Assembly: GCA_000442015.1 (NCBI GenBank)
Contig: KE560937.1
Location: 1-64,000 of the forward strand
Direction: 5' to 3'
Length of the DNA stretch: 64,000 nucleotides
Source of the DNA: Rozella allomycis CSF55
Taxonomy: Eukaryota
The notes below the pieces were generated by a model. It saw nothing but the letters and a program-made list of their open reading frames with translations, was not told the DNA's origin and searched no databases. Positions within the stretch are counted from its first letter, which is position 1, and each line of letters starts with the position of its first letter. Positions 1-12,166 of the stretch are shown one piece after another. The position numbers were made by a program, and so were the translations under genes.

Positions 1-40
1 TTACTTGAAATTTCGACTTCATAGTTGAAGTTGGCTCTTA
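1..40 (-). mobile_element. Terminal inverted repeat (1-37) plus TTA target site (38-40) of a PIF/Harbinger-like DNA element
   Basis: The reverse complement of 1-37 (GAGCCAACTTCAACTATGAAGTCGA...) matches 6931 onward (GAGCCATCTTCAACTAAAAAGTCGA...) at 22 of the first 25 nt. Both ends abut TTA. Confidence 0.7.
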
Positions 41-3000
41 TTCAACTCGCCTGCCGCTGTGATAACGCGCTTTTGGTCCTCAATCAATTGCGTCAACGTG
101 CATCAACAGTAGTCGTATCTCAACAAGCTGATGTCCCCGCACCTATGGAAATTGACGCAGTCACCCGTGCACCTGGTCCACTGACTCCGGAAGAACGCGC
201 TCACAGAATGCGCAATGGACTTTGCATTGTTTGTGGCCAAAGGGGTCACGTGCGTAACGAATGCCTGAAGTCACGCGGCCGCGGTCAATAAATTTGGAGA
301 ACTTATGGACCGTTCAAATTTCTTCTCCCCCAGAATACTTAAACAAATTAATGATTGATGGGCAGTTGCAATGGGAAAATACGAGAATTTCTGCTGCCAT
401 GTTTCTGGACAGTGGTGCGGACTCACTGTTTCTTGATGCTGAATTCGCCGCCTCACAGGGTCTCCCATTGGTTCCTTTGGCCCAGCCAGTGAGACTACAC
501 ATAGCCGATTGCACGGAATCATCATTTGGGTTAATCACCCACGAAACCATTCCGCTCCAACTCTGCATCCAAGAGAATGTTGAAACTTGCAAGTTCTTTA
601 TCACGAAGCTCCCGACGCCAATTATCTTGGGACTGCAATGGTTGAAGAAGCACAATCCTACAATCGACTGGCGATCCGAAACTCTGCGCTTCACTTCCGC
701 ATCCTGCCAAGCTGTCTGTGCTGTTGGACCTGAGCTCGTTCAGCCATCTGCGACCCCCCGACTCCGAAGGTATCACCCAAACGCCAACGGTATGTCCAAC
801 TCTGTAGCATCTCTGCCTGAACGTTTCATGCTGTTTCTAAGAAGAGCGCCAATGATGAGTTTGGTCTTGGTGGCTTTATTGGTGCTGACGCAAATGGTGA
901 AATCGTATTCCGTACAGTTGCTTCCGTTTCCAAAGAGGTGTACCCGTTTCTGTCTCCGAGAACCCCACAAACTCAAGTTGTTCCTAGTTTTATCCAAGCC
1001 GAATATAGCGTTGTCTTTTCCGCAACCAACGCTGACACACTCCCCGAGCATTGGCCATATGATTGTACAATTGAGTTAGACGCCAACGCTTAAGCTGTGT
1101 TTGACCGCGTTTACAATCTTACCGTTCCGGAAGAAGCGGCAATGAAAGAGTATTTGAAGTCACACTAGAAAAAGGGCTTTATCAGACCTAGTTCGTCTCC
1201 ATTTGGCGCGCCTTGCTTCTTTGTGAAGAAGAAAGATGGCACTTTTCGCCTCTGCGTTGATTACCGAAGACTTAATCGAATCACGAAAAAAGATCGAAAT
1301 CCACTCCCGCTCATTTCAGAACTAGTGCGAACACTGTCGCAGGGAAGAATTTTTACTGCGTTAGAACTCCGCGGGGCTTACAATTTATTACGGATTCGCA
1401 AGGGCGACGAATTTAAAACCGCATTTCTGACCAAGTTTGGTCAGTTTGAATACTTAGTAATGCCATTTGGCCTTACCAACGCACCCCCGTACTTTCAAAA
1501 GATGATGAACACGCTATTTAGTAAGTATAGCACCTTTGTGGTCTGTTATCTTGATAATATTGTGGTGTACTCTCAGAATGAAAAGGAACAATGGAAGCAC
1601 GTTCGTCAGGTTCTGGAAGTTCTCAGTGAAAATAAGTTGTATTGCAAGTTGGAGAAGTGTCAGTTTGAGTTAAAAGAGATTTCGTATTTAGGATACATTA
1701 TTTCGGCCGATGGTGTACGCATGGACCCGCTTAAAGTGCAAGCAGTTGTTGATTGGCCTGTTCCCGCCAACTGCAGATGTTTTTTGGGATTTTCAAATTT
1801 TTACCGGAGATTACTTCCGACATATGCGAAACTCACGCAACCGCTTAAGGATTTGCTCAAGAAAAATGCCGAATTTCATTTCCCAATTGATGCCTTTCAA
1901 AAGATTAAACTCGCTTTTTCTGGTGCTGGTGCCCTTGCGCACCCAAATGAATTCCAACCGTTTATCGTTGAAACCGATGCCAGTAATTTTGGAATTGGCG
2001 GTATTCTGTCTCAGTTTGATGACAATCAGGAGCTTCGGCCAGTTGCATTTTATTCCCGCCAAATGACTGCAGCGGAAAGAATCTATGAAATATATGACAA
2101 GGAGCTCCTCGGTATTAAAGCCTGCTTTGCGCATTGGCGTCACTTTCTTCAGGGTGCACGATTTCCAGTCACCGTCTACTGTGATCATAAGAGTCTTGAA
2201 TATTTTATGGAAACAAAAGAACTCACTCGACGCCAAGCGAGATGGTCCTTATTCTTTAGTGAATATGATTTCGTTGTTACTCACCGCCCCGGACTACTCA
2301 ACGGAAAACCTGATCACTTGTCACGCCGCCCGGATTACTTTGTCAAATGCGAACCCAGCAATCTTTTGCGTATCTTGGACTCGCGGCACACCAACTTAAA
2401 TTCTGTATTTTCGTCCATTGCTGCCGCTAAAATCAGTTACCAAACGGCCCATGAGCGTTTAGGACACATTGGGGATGCTGCGCTAAAAAAGCACGTTAAC
2501 CGCTGTTGATGGTCTCCACTGTTCAGAATCAAAGTCTCGCGAATTCTGTGAATCCTGTGCGCTAGGCAAATCAAAGAGATTGAACACAAAACCCTCCAGT
2601 GGCCGAGAATATGAAGTCTTAGAGGTCGTCGAGTCGGATACACAAGGCCCGTTTCCTATAACTGCTCTGCTGTAGATGGTACACGGAATAATGTAAAATT
2701 TATTGATTCTCGAACTGGTTATGTGAAATTTGAAACTATCGCAGATCGCACTGCCGCAACAATCCTGGCCGCTTTTAAGCGTTTTCAGACTCGCATGGAG
2801 CGCCGTACAGGGGGGAAAAACTCAAGCATTTACGGACCGATCAAGGTGTAAAATATATGGGAGTTTTTACTGATTACCTACGACATCTTGGCATTGTGAA
2901 ACAAATGGGAGTAGCTTACAACCATTCCCACCCAGGTAAGGGCGAAAGGATTCACCAAACAATTCTGCATCTAGCGCGCGCCATGTTGATAGACTCAAAA

Positions 3001-3699
3001 CGTCCTGCCAAATATTACTCAGAGGCTCAGAAGACCGCAGCTTACTTACATAACCGTATAGTACATGGAAAAGAAGATAAAACACCTTTCGAGTTAATTT
3101 ATTCACGCAAACCAAATCTCTCTCACTTACGACCTTTTGGCTGTGTCTGCTACGCCCATATCCCAGACGTGCATCGATCGAAATTGGACAACTCTGCTGT
3201 AAAATGTCTTTTAATTAGTTACCTGGACGATGATGATACAGAAGAGCTCAAGGGATACAAACTGATTCGGAAAGACAACGAAGCGGTGATGTTCAGGAAA
3301 TGTCCGCTTTGATGAAAATGCTCCTCGTACCCCTTTGCCAAACGCCCCGAAAAATAATGTAGACCCTTTACCTCTCTCAGAAGATAATGAGGATTATATT
3401 CCTCACTGCAGTCCAGAACATTCCCCCTCAATGGCCTCAGAAGACCCTCCTTCTCCAATCAGTGGCTCGCTCTCCAGGTCCAACATTATCGGCGATCACA
3501 ACTCCCGAACAACCCGACTCAAGAGTAAAGCTAGTATAGTCAAGTCTTCCTTTCCGGAATTTCAGAATCCAAGCCTTTAAGAAGATTTTTCCCGCGCCAG
3601 GGTCTTCACGTTTTAATAAACTCTTATTAAAACAACTCTCTTCTGGTTCTGTTAAAAGTAAAAAGCCATCTGCACAGGTTGCGCTTTTGGCACTGATAT
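41..3699 (+). mobile_element. Degenerate LTR-type retrotransposon: gag C-terminus, protease, Ty3/Gypsy RT-RNaseH, then a Copia-type integrase
   Basis: Zinc knuckle CIVCGQRGHVRNEC; protease FLDSGA; RT GFIRPSSSPFGAP, LCVDYRRLN, MPFGLTNAP, YLDN; RNaseH VETDASNFGIG, YDKELL, DHKSL. Integrase HERLGH, CESC, ESDTQGP, RTDQG, GERIH, HLRPFGC. Several frameshifts and stops. Confidence 0.92.
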
Positions 3700-3700
3700 N

Positions 3701-4397
3701 CGCCTAACGTTGGATATTCGGACATGAATAACAAATAAGCCGTACTTGGCAATCACGTGCACTGGATTGATAATATTGACTTAACTTGTAACAGCGTTTT
3801 ACTCGCCTTTAGGTTTTCGGAGATAGGAGTTAAGATATATTGAAAAAGGCTCTCATACATCAGACGCTTTATTGGAAACAAGTACTGATATATTATCTAT
3901 CGGAAATTAATATAAACAAAAAATTAGTTGGTATTACTTTAGACAATGCGTCAAACAATGTAAGGCTCATGAATCTCATTCGAAATGACAATACATTGGT
4001 TAAATATTCCAGTAATTTAATTGTGAATATATTTCAGCACTTTCCCCATTTATTGGGGACCTGAATGTTTCGCACATCCCATGCTTAGCTCATATTTTGA
4101 ACCTTATTGTAAAGGAAGGGTTACGTGTCACTGATCCGATTTTGCACAAGGTGGTTTTAATATTTAATTTTTATATTTAGTTGCGGCAAGTCATTATAAA
4201 GATAAGAAGGGGTAGCCAAAAAATTCGAAAAATTTAAGACGCACAAAAGGCTTTACAAATATCAACCGAGACTATAGTTTCGATGAATNAAATATTCCAG
4301 TAATTTAATTGTGAATATATTTCAGCACTTTCCCCATTTATTGGGGACCTGAATGTTTCGCACATCCCATGCTTAGCTCATATTTTGAACCTTATTG
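3701..4397 (+). repeat. Duplicated hAT transposase fragments bounded by gaps
   Basis: 3701-4288 is near-identical to about 4506-5093, and 4290-4397 repeats part of it again. The pieces are delimited by n at 3700, 4289 and 4398. Confidence 0.85.
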
Positions 4398-4398
4398 N

Positions 4399-5946
4399 CA
4401 TCTATATGTTCTTCCATGTCGCTAAACATTTCACATGAAGTTACCAAGGGTCTTTCCGAAACTTCCGATTTATTGAAAGATGTTTTATGTAATGTGCAAG
4501 GGTTACGCCTAACGTTGGATATTCGGACATGAATAACAAATAAGCCGTACTTGGCAATCACGTGCACTGGATTGATAATATTGACTTAACTTGTAACAGC
4601 GTTTTACTCGCCTTTAGGTTTTCGGAGATAGGAGTTAAGATATATTGAAAAAGGCTCTCATACATCAGACGCTTTATTGGAAACAAGTACTGATATATTA
4701 TCTATCGGAAATTAATATAAACAAAAAATTAGTTGGTATTACTTTAGACAATGCGTCAAACAATGTAAGGCTCATGAATCTCATTCGAAATGACAATACA
4801 TTGGTTAAATATTCCAGTAATTTAATTGTGAATATATTTCAGCACTTTCCCCATTTATTGGGGACCTGAATGTTTCGCACATCCCATGCTTAGCTCATAT
4901 TTTGAACCTTATTGTAAAGGAAGGGTTACGTGTCACTGATCCGATTTTGCACAAGGTGGTTTTAATATTTAATTTTTATATTTAGTTGCGGCAAGTCATT
5001 ATAAAGATAAGAAGGGGTAGCCAAAAAATTCGAAAAATTTAAGACGCACAAAAGGCTTTACAAATATCAACCGAGACTATAGTTTCGATGAATAATTTTA
5101 TTCACGACGTAGACACGCGTTGGAATTCTACATATTTAATGATTTAGTCAGCCGTGAAACAACAATAGGCAATTAGAGTTTATGTAATGATGCTTATGAA
5201 CTTGAAGAGAAGGAAAAAATCAAATCACATATTTTTTCGGATGAAGAGTGGCAATATTTCGATCATTTAAAAAAAATTCTGTTGGCACCCTTTTACAAAG
5301 TCACCAGAGACATGTCAGGAAAAAATACGTTACTTTAAACATGTACTCATTTTTTATGGGACACNTTATATAACCGTATAGTTCATGGAAAAGGAGATAA
5401 AACACCTTTAGAATTAATTATTCACGCAAACCAAATCTTTCTCACTGTGTCTGCTACGCCCATATCCCAGACGTGCATCGATCGAAATTGGACANTACGT
5501 TACTTTAAACATGTACTCATTTTTTATGGGACACAGTGACACCTTGGATTTGGCAAAAAAATATAAAGTTGCCGATTGTATCAAATTTTGGATGAGCTGA
5601 TTGTTGGAATAGAAACTAAATTTAGTGAATATGCAAAAAAATTGAATCCAATACGCTTATAAGAATAGCTAGTGTTCTTGATCCTCGCTTTAAACTTATT
5701 TGTTTAACAAGTGACGAAAAAATTAATATCACTGACATTATATTGAAATTAATGAAGAAGTTGAATGTAAAGCCACAAACAATCACAAAGGATAACGACG
5801 AAGAAAAAAACTCAAAAAAAAGCAATCGACCGCAAAATATGGATTATGGACTAGCATCAAAATTACGTGCCCTTCAAGCAAAGGCCCTCGAAGATAAAAC
5901 CAGACTTAACCGAAATGATGAGCTCCATGCAGATTTTGAGCGCTAT
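4399..5946 (+). mobile_element. hAT-superfamily transposase, degenerate, with short introns
   Basis: Motifs LTLD...YLAIT.HWID, GITLDNASNN, HIPCLAHILNLIVK, DVDTRWNSTYLM and ASVLDPRFK, with stops and frameshifts. Confidence 0.85.
5366..5494 (+). repeat. Second, diverged copy of the integrase fragment
   Basis: Matches about 3046-3191 with substitutions and a deletion of about 15 nt. Bounded by n at 5365 and 5495. Confidence 0.85.
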
Positions 5947-6254
5947 NACCATTAATTCGAAAAAATTAATTTTAAAAAAATATAAGTCATTTTAGAAATT
6001 TTGATTCAAACTTAGGTAAGCCGAACTTACATAAAAACGTATTAAGGACATGTTTCTCAAATTATGCAAAAAGCCTTTATAAAGTAAAATATAATCTTAC
6101 TAAAACTCTTTGTGCTAGTGCAGAGAATCAAGATCGTTTTCATAATTATCGTAATAATACAGTCACTGATAATCANCTTAATAAACTCTTATTAAATCAA
6201 CTCTCTTCTGGTTCCACGTCTGGTCTTACTCAATTTAAAACGTCAAACCACATC

Positions 6255-6930
6255 ATGTCTGAAATCTCTTCCATCGAACTCTCGCTTTCAGAACTCCAAC
6301 GTCTTATCTCTGAACATCAAGCACTCGCAAAAGAAAATCAAGATCTCAAAACCGCTGCACAGCAACTCTCCGAAACCGCAATGCGTTCTAGCTCTCGCTA
6401 TGAAGAAATATCGGCACAAAATGAACAACTCCATGGCTTACTTAACGAGAAACCTGGGAGCGTCAAAGTCAAGCTTTCGTCCTCTTTTGATGGTGAACCG
6501 TCCAACCTACGCGGTTTTCTGAACCAATTACTCATGGTTTCTAAGCTCCGTCCGTTGGAGTACTCAAGTGACGAAATACGCATCTTCACCTTAGGCACAC
6601 TTCTGACTGGTAAAGCACTGCAATGGTTTAATCCCTTTCTGGAAAAGCCTCACTTGTACAACCACGAGCTCCAAAGCTGGCAAAACTTTTCCGAAGCCTT
6701 CGTCACACAGTTTCGAGACCCGAATTTCGCCAAAAAGGCGGAAATAAAGCTCAATGCCTTAGTACAAGACACAATGTCGGTGGCGACGTACACCAGTGAG
6801 TTTAGGTGCCTTGCAGCTGACGTAGAATGGTACGAAGCTGCGCTTATGGCAAAGTTTTCCCTTGGCCGGTCCTTTGAAATCCGCAAGTTGCTCATTGGTT
6901 TTCCCAAATCCGCGACTTTAGCATCTCTTA
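6255..6930 (+). mobile_element. Ty3/Gypsy-type gag, N-terminal part, interrupted at TTA 6928-6930
   Basis: N-terminal coiled coil, FDGEPSNLRGFLNQL, LLTGKALQWF, W..F...F...F.DP. Joins in frame to position 41. Confidence 0.88.
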
Positions 6931-7031
6931 GAGCCATCTTCAACTAAAAAGTCGACTAAAAAAGTAGGTAATTTCGTAAAAAAACCCTTGCTTAAGAGTA
7001 AATTTCCTACTTTTTTGAAAAGTAGCAACCC
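6931..7031 (+). mobile_element. Other end of the PIF/Harbinger-like insertion
   Basis: Starts GAGCCATCTTCAACTA immediately after TTA; inverted match to 1-37; cut by the gap at 7032. Confidence 0.7.
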
Positions 7032-7136
7032 NGTGTTGATTAATTAAATTTTCTGAGCAGATCAAGGCAAAGATAAATCTTTTTTAACCTATTAGAAAAA
7101 TGGTAAGAATAAGCCACATATCATGATTCAAAGCTC

Positions 7137-7603
7137 GGTTGAAGAAAAGTTCGACAAGATTACACAGAAACCCATTACCGAGTACTTAGACACTATTCAG
7201 ATCAGGGACCCGTTATTAGTGTTTGAATGCAAATTGGAATAAAAATATAATTCAAATCCTGGGTAATGCACGGTAAATGATTATTACAGATATTATAGCT
7301 CATGGAGGCAAAAACCCAAAAAACAGTGGATGCTGCTTCCACTTTGAGTTAATAGGAGACCTTCAGACATGTCGGGAATGGCTCGTTGTTTCGGAAAGAA
7401 TAAGATGTTTATTCCAGTCAATCACTAATAACGGGTCCCCGATCGGAATAGTGTCCAAGTACGCCATGCGTTTCGGAAGAACACCTCAGAACTCATTTGA
7501 ATTCGATTTTTATTCCAATTTTCAGACAATCACTAATAATGGGTCCCCGATCTGAATAGTGTCCAAATACTCCATGATGGTCGAACTTTTCCAAACAACC
7601 CCC
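7137..7603. mobile_element. Foldback/MITE-like non-autonomous element
   Basis: About 7137-7257 is an imperfect inverted copy of about 7494-7603. An extra direct copy of the core lies at about 7419-7468. Confidence 0.6.
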
Positions 7604-7703
7604 TTTCTTTACTTTAAATAAAAATGGTTAAAATAAGAAAATATAATTTATCTAACTTCATCTGATTCGTGTGAACTTACAAGACTCAGCCACGTTTTCA
7701 TAA

Positions 7704-9205
7704 ATGTTAACAAATATCGTGGATTCCAGAAAAGAATGCAACGACATTTGTAAAATAATCGAATATTTTTCAAGTCTGGATGATAATCATAAGCAAAATT
7801 TCCTTTCATACCTAATCCCCAAACTTTCTATTCCCCAACTCCAACTAATAGTTTCAGAAGCATCCTCAAGATTGAAAATCGATTTTATATCTTCTCTTCC
7901 CGCGGAAATCATAATAAATTTATTACAAAGGCTTGATATCAGGTCGTTACTTAACATAAGCCAAGGAAGTCAATTATGGTACAGAACTGTTTTTGGAAAC
8001 TCGTATATATGGAGGCATTTAATCGAGAAAGACTGGAATATTAAAGCAGATAATGTCATGGATATTAATCAATGTATAAATCTGTATAGAACAAAATATA
8101 TTGTGCAAAAGAACTGGCAGAGCGGTAACGCGGTTGCTTACATGTTTGACTGTGTAACGCCTGCAGTTGTTACATGCTTGCAAATGGACGAAGAAAAAGT
8201 CGTGGCGTGCTTTGATGACAAGACAGTTCTTATGTGGGATCTCTATGGCAATTTGAAACAGTCATTTGTTGGTCATGTAGGTAAAATTAAAATGATTATT
8301 TAATAGGTGGTGTTTGGTGCATGCAATATATCGGAAATGTTCTCTCAACTGGTTCTACAGATAGAACGATTAGAATTTGGGACCTTCAAACAGGCGAATG
8401 TTCTAAGTGGCTTGTTGGTCACTCTTCTACAGTCAGGTGTCTGCAAATGTCTGAAGATGCTAGGCTTGTTGTTTCAGGTTCTAGAGATACTACTGTAAGA
8501 ATATGGGTAATCTCATTTAAATTTTGAATAATAGGACATAGAGACTGGTGAATGCTTGCATGTGCTCATGGGTCATCAAGCGTCTGTCAGATGCTTAGCA
8601 ATCAAAGATAACTATATAGTTTCTGGATCATATGGTACTTCTTTAGATTTTTTGTTATAGATAACTCGTGTAGGGTGTGGGACATTTGTTCAGGGGAATT
8701 GAAATTCCATCTTGAAGGACATGTTAGCAAAGTGTATTCACTTTGTGTTGACAATCGCTATATATATTCTGGTTCTCTAGACAGCACCATTAATGTATGG
8801 AGTCTAGCAGATGGAACTCAGATAAAGGCCATAAGAGACCACAGAAGCCTAGTGGCGCTATTGAAAAAGAATGAATATAATCAACTCATTAGCGCCAGCG
8901 CTGATGGTAGCGTTAAGGTGTGGGATGAAGATTTAAATCAATTGTATTCTCTAGATCATAACACATCCGCTATAACTTGCCTTTTCTCCAAGGGCCCTTG
9001 GTTAATCACTGGATCAGATAAATCAGTCAAGGTAAAAACATTCAGATTGGAATATCCTTAGCTTTGGAAAAATGGAACCTTTTGTAGAAACATTATGGAT
9101 AATGTAGATTCTGTTTGGCAAGTGGCCGCTACAGAAACATGTTTAATCAATGCAGTTCATATCAATGGGCATTCTTGCTTCCGTATTTATCATTTCGACA
9201 AATGA
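7704..9205 (+). CDS. CDC4: F-box/WD40 protein, Cdc4/Fbw7-like
   Basis: F-box DFISSLPAEIIINLLQRLD; multiple GH...SGS.D..V..WD repeats; 4 short GT-AG introns. Confidence 0.8.
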
Positions 9206-9370
9206 ATAAATTATGTAAAGATTTGAACATATATTATATTTAAGCCTTTATGTGTATATTTGACGGTACTTCTATGATAAAAATGAATGTTTAAAGATTA
9301 ATAATTCATGAATCCTCATCATTTAATTCATTATTGGCGACAATGCTGATTGCTGCGCCAAATAACATTA

Positions 9371-10464
9371 ATGACAAACCTAATTAGACGACTTGTTTCG
9401 AAAAAGAAAAGGCGATATAATCTTGACGGATTTGATTTAGATTTAACATGTATTTTTTTAAATAAGTTTTAACTAGACATAACTGAGAGAATAATTGCCA
9501 TGGGCTTTCCATCCGATAACCTTGAAGGAGTTTACAGAAATAAAATGGCTGACGTGGTTCGATTTTTAGATTCTCGGCACCCTGACAAATACAAAGTTTA
9601 CAACTTATGCTCAGAAAGAAACTACGACACAAGCAATTTCAACAATCGCGGTATTTTATTTTCTCGGGTTCAACATAGTATCTTCTTATCCGTTTGACGA
9701 TCACAATGCCCCAACCATGAATCTGGTTATTAATTTTTGTAGAGATGTTGACGAATGGCTTATGAAGAACCCGAAGAACGTCGTTGTAATTCATTGCAAA
9801 GCAGGGAAAGGAAGAACAGGTGTTATGATTTGTTCCTACTTAATACATTCTGGAATATGTAAAAGTTTTGAGGAATCTTTAGAGTTTTATGGGGTCGCTC
9901 GCACTCAAAATTCCAAAGTAAGTTATTTGCAAAATTATTTCAGGGTGTTACTATTCCCAGTCAAAAGCGATACGTTATGTATTATGATTTACTAATAAAA
10001 TCGAAAAAAGTGTATTATGACCGAACGGTCCTGTTAGATCGAATTAAGGTAGATTCCCCACCGAAATTGACCAATGATAACACATCTAGTACGATATAGT
10101 GCATTCTAATACAGACATATTTTTCACTATTAAAATTAGAGATAACAAAATCTTTGAGTCGGATATTCAAGTCTTGAAACTACAAAACACTTTAGACTAT
10201 GTTTTGTCAAAACAGATCCCTGTAAATGGTGATGTTAAAATAGAAATATTTCATAGGGACTCATTTGGAAAGGTATTCAACATACATGACTAACTTTAGA
10301 AAAACATTGCCCAGTTTTGGATCAATACTTTTTTTCTCGCGACGAATCCCGTAGTTTTAGAAAGGCATGAAATTGATAAAGTCGTTAAAGATAAGAAAAG
10401 GAAAATTTTTCCGGATTCTTTCAAGATTATATTTTATTGGACAAATCCATTTCAAGCTGATTGA
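9371..10464 (+). CDS. PTEN: PTEN phosphatase
   Basis: [52 protein letters not shown]2-like C-terminus. Confidence 0.95.
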
Positions 10465-10592
10465 TATCACGTGAATATGCCTAACGCATCGTAAAATATT
10501 GTTTTTATAAGTTGTACTAACACTAATAAAAATGATGTTAAATATAATTCTTGATTGTTTTTTTTCGAATTTTCATTGTCGAATTTTTATGA

Positions 10593-11287
10593 ATGATTCC
10601 TGGTTTACGCTATTTTAAAAATTTTATAACTGAAGACGAGGAAAAGTATATTTTAGACTACATTGATGGTAACCCTTGGACTGGCCGAGGTATGGGGTAA
10701 CGCAAAATTATTTTTATGTTTTCAGGGCAAACCCGCAAATGAAAAGATTGACACAACATTATGGATACACATTTTCATATCAAAATAGGTAATATTAGTA
10801 TTTCAAGAATCAATAGATGCGTTGATAATAATTCCAAGGCACTGGAGATACCAAAATTTTGTGATACTATGTTTCCACGAATGAAAGAATATGGATTGCC
10901 CCTATCTTCAGAGCCTTTTAATATGGTTATTGTCAATGAATATCTTCCAGGCCAGGGTATTATTGCAAAAATGCTATACTGTAGGAATAATGCCTCACGT
11001 AGATGCGCCGATATTCGGTAAATGTATAGCTTCATTAAGTCTTCTTTCACCATGCGTCATGAAATTTGAACGCGTTGATAAGCTTGATGATTTTAGAATT
11101 ATGCTTGGTATCTTTCTATTAATTGGTCATGACAGAACCAAGATCACTTATTGTAATGCAAGGAGATGCTAGATATATTTACAAACATTCTATATCGAAG
11201 AATTTACAAGAAAACTTTAATGGTGAAACGATTGAAAGGAAACGCCGGATCTCTCTGACTTTTAGGTCATTAAAATCCAGTGAATGA
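10593..11287 (+). CDS. AlkB-family 2OG-Fe(II) dioxygenase
   Basis: IPGLRYFKNFI, VNEYLPGQGIMPHVD, IASLSL, RRISLTFR; 3 introns. Confidence 0.88.
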
Positions 11288-11335
11288 AATTACGAGGTGA
11301 TATTTGACAAAAATAAATAATTTATTGTTTTTAGG

Positions 11336-12166
11336 TCACTTGGTCTTTGCAATTGTTTCTGCATCGTCATGTCTCTTGGTACATTTACCTTGATCTCGCA
11401 CCGCAATCAACGAATTTCTTCTCTCAGCAAGTTTTAGTGGCCTATTCTGCCCGCCGTGTGAAGCATTGTATATTCCACAAGCATTACATAAAACTTCATT
11501 TTCAGCTGACCTACGCCACATTGGAGTACTCGATGTTTTACAATTTACACATATTCTACTTGTTATTTTCGACCTCCTTCTTGTTTTTAAATCAACAGGA
11601 CCAGCTGTTTGATCGCAAGATATTCGCAACCCCAAGGAAGTACCGAAATTGTCTTGTGAAATATGAGGCTTCTTTTGAACTCTAGATTCATTCCAATTAA
11701 AAAACGAAGCATCTGGCATAGAAAATCTACGCGAACTTGAATATGATAATAATTGATGTTGATTGTAAGGTGCCTGGATCGGACTGAATCTTTGGGTAGG
11801 TGGTACATAATGAAGCTGGGGAAATGAATAGTTTTGCATCTGAAAGTTGTAATTGTTATGCATATGTGACGGTTGGGGAGTAAGGAAGTTGACGTCCAAA
11901 TGGTTTTGTGATTCTGCAGGACTGCATTTAGGAGTACTCAAATTAGCTGTCAGAAGCTCTTCATTATCTTCAAAATATTGTTCTGTTGTTGAAAATAAAG
12001 ACATGTCTTTGGAATATGACACTGGAAATAATTCCTCTCGCAGGTCCATTTCCTCCGTTATAAGTTCTTGAGGAGTCCAAGGCATGGACAGAAAAGGATC
12101 CGAACTATTTCCAGTAAGCGAAGGTCGTCTTCTTCGGTCCGAAGGATTGTCCCAGTTGTTACTCAT
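11336..12166 (-). CDS. GATA zinc-finger transcription factor
   Basis: CVNCKTSSTPMWRR...LCNACGIY. Confidence 0.93.
   Translation of the reverse strand: MSNNWDNPSDRRRRPSLTGNSSDPFLSMPWTPQELITEEMDLREELFPVSYSKDMSLFSTTEQYFEDNEELLTANLSTPKCSPAESQNHLDVNFLTPQPSHMHNNYNFQMQNYSFPQLHYVPPTQRFSPIQAPYNQHQLLSYSSSRRFSMPDASFFNWNESRVQKKPHISQDNFGTSLGLRISCDQTAGPVDLKTRRRSKITSRICVNCKTSSTPMWRRSAENEVLCNACGIYNASHGGQNRPLKLAERRNSLIAVRDQGKCTKRHDDAETIAKTK

Noticed and set aside
261-300. Programmed -1 gag-pol frameshift signal
   Set aside because: The frames do overlap in -1, but I could not identify a canonical slippery heptamer before the gag stop, and the element is degenerate.
3840-4869. Two identical 74-aa ORFs read as a tandem gene duplication
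   Set aside because: They are hAT pseudogene fragments on gap-bounded pieces, probably assembly redundancy.
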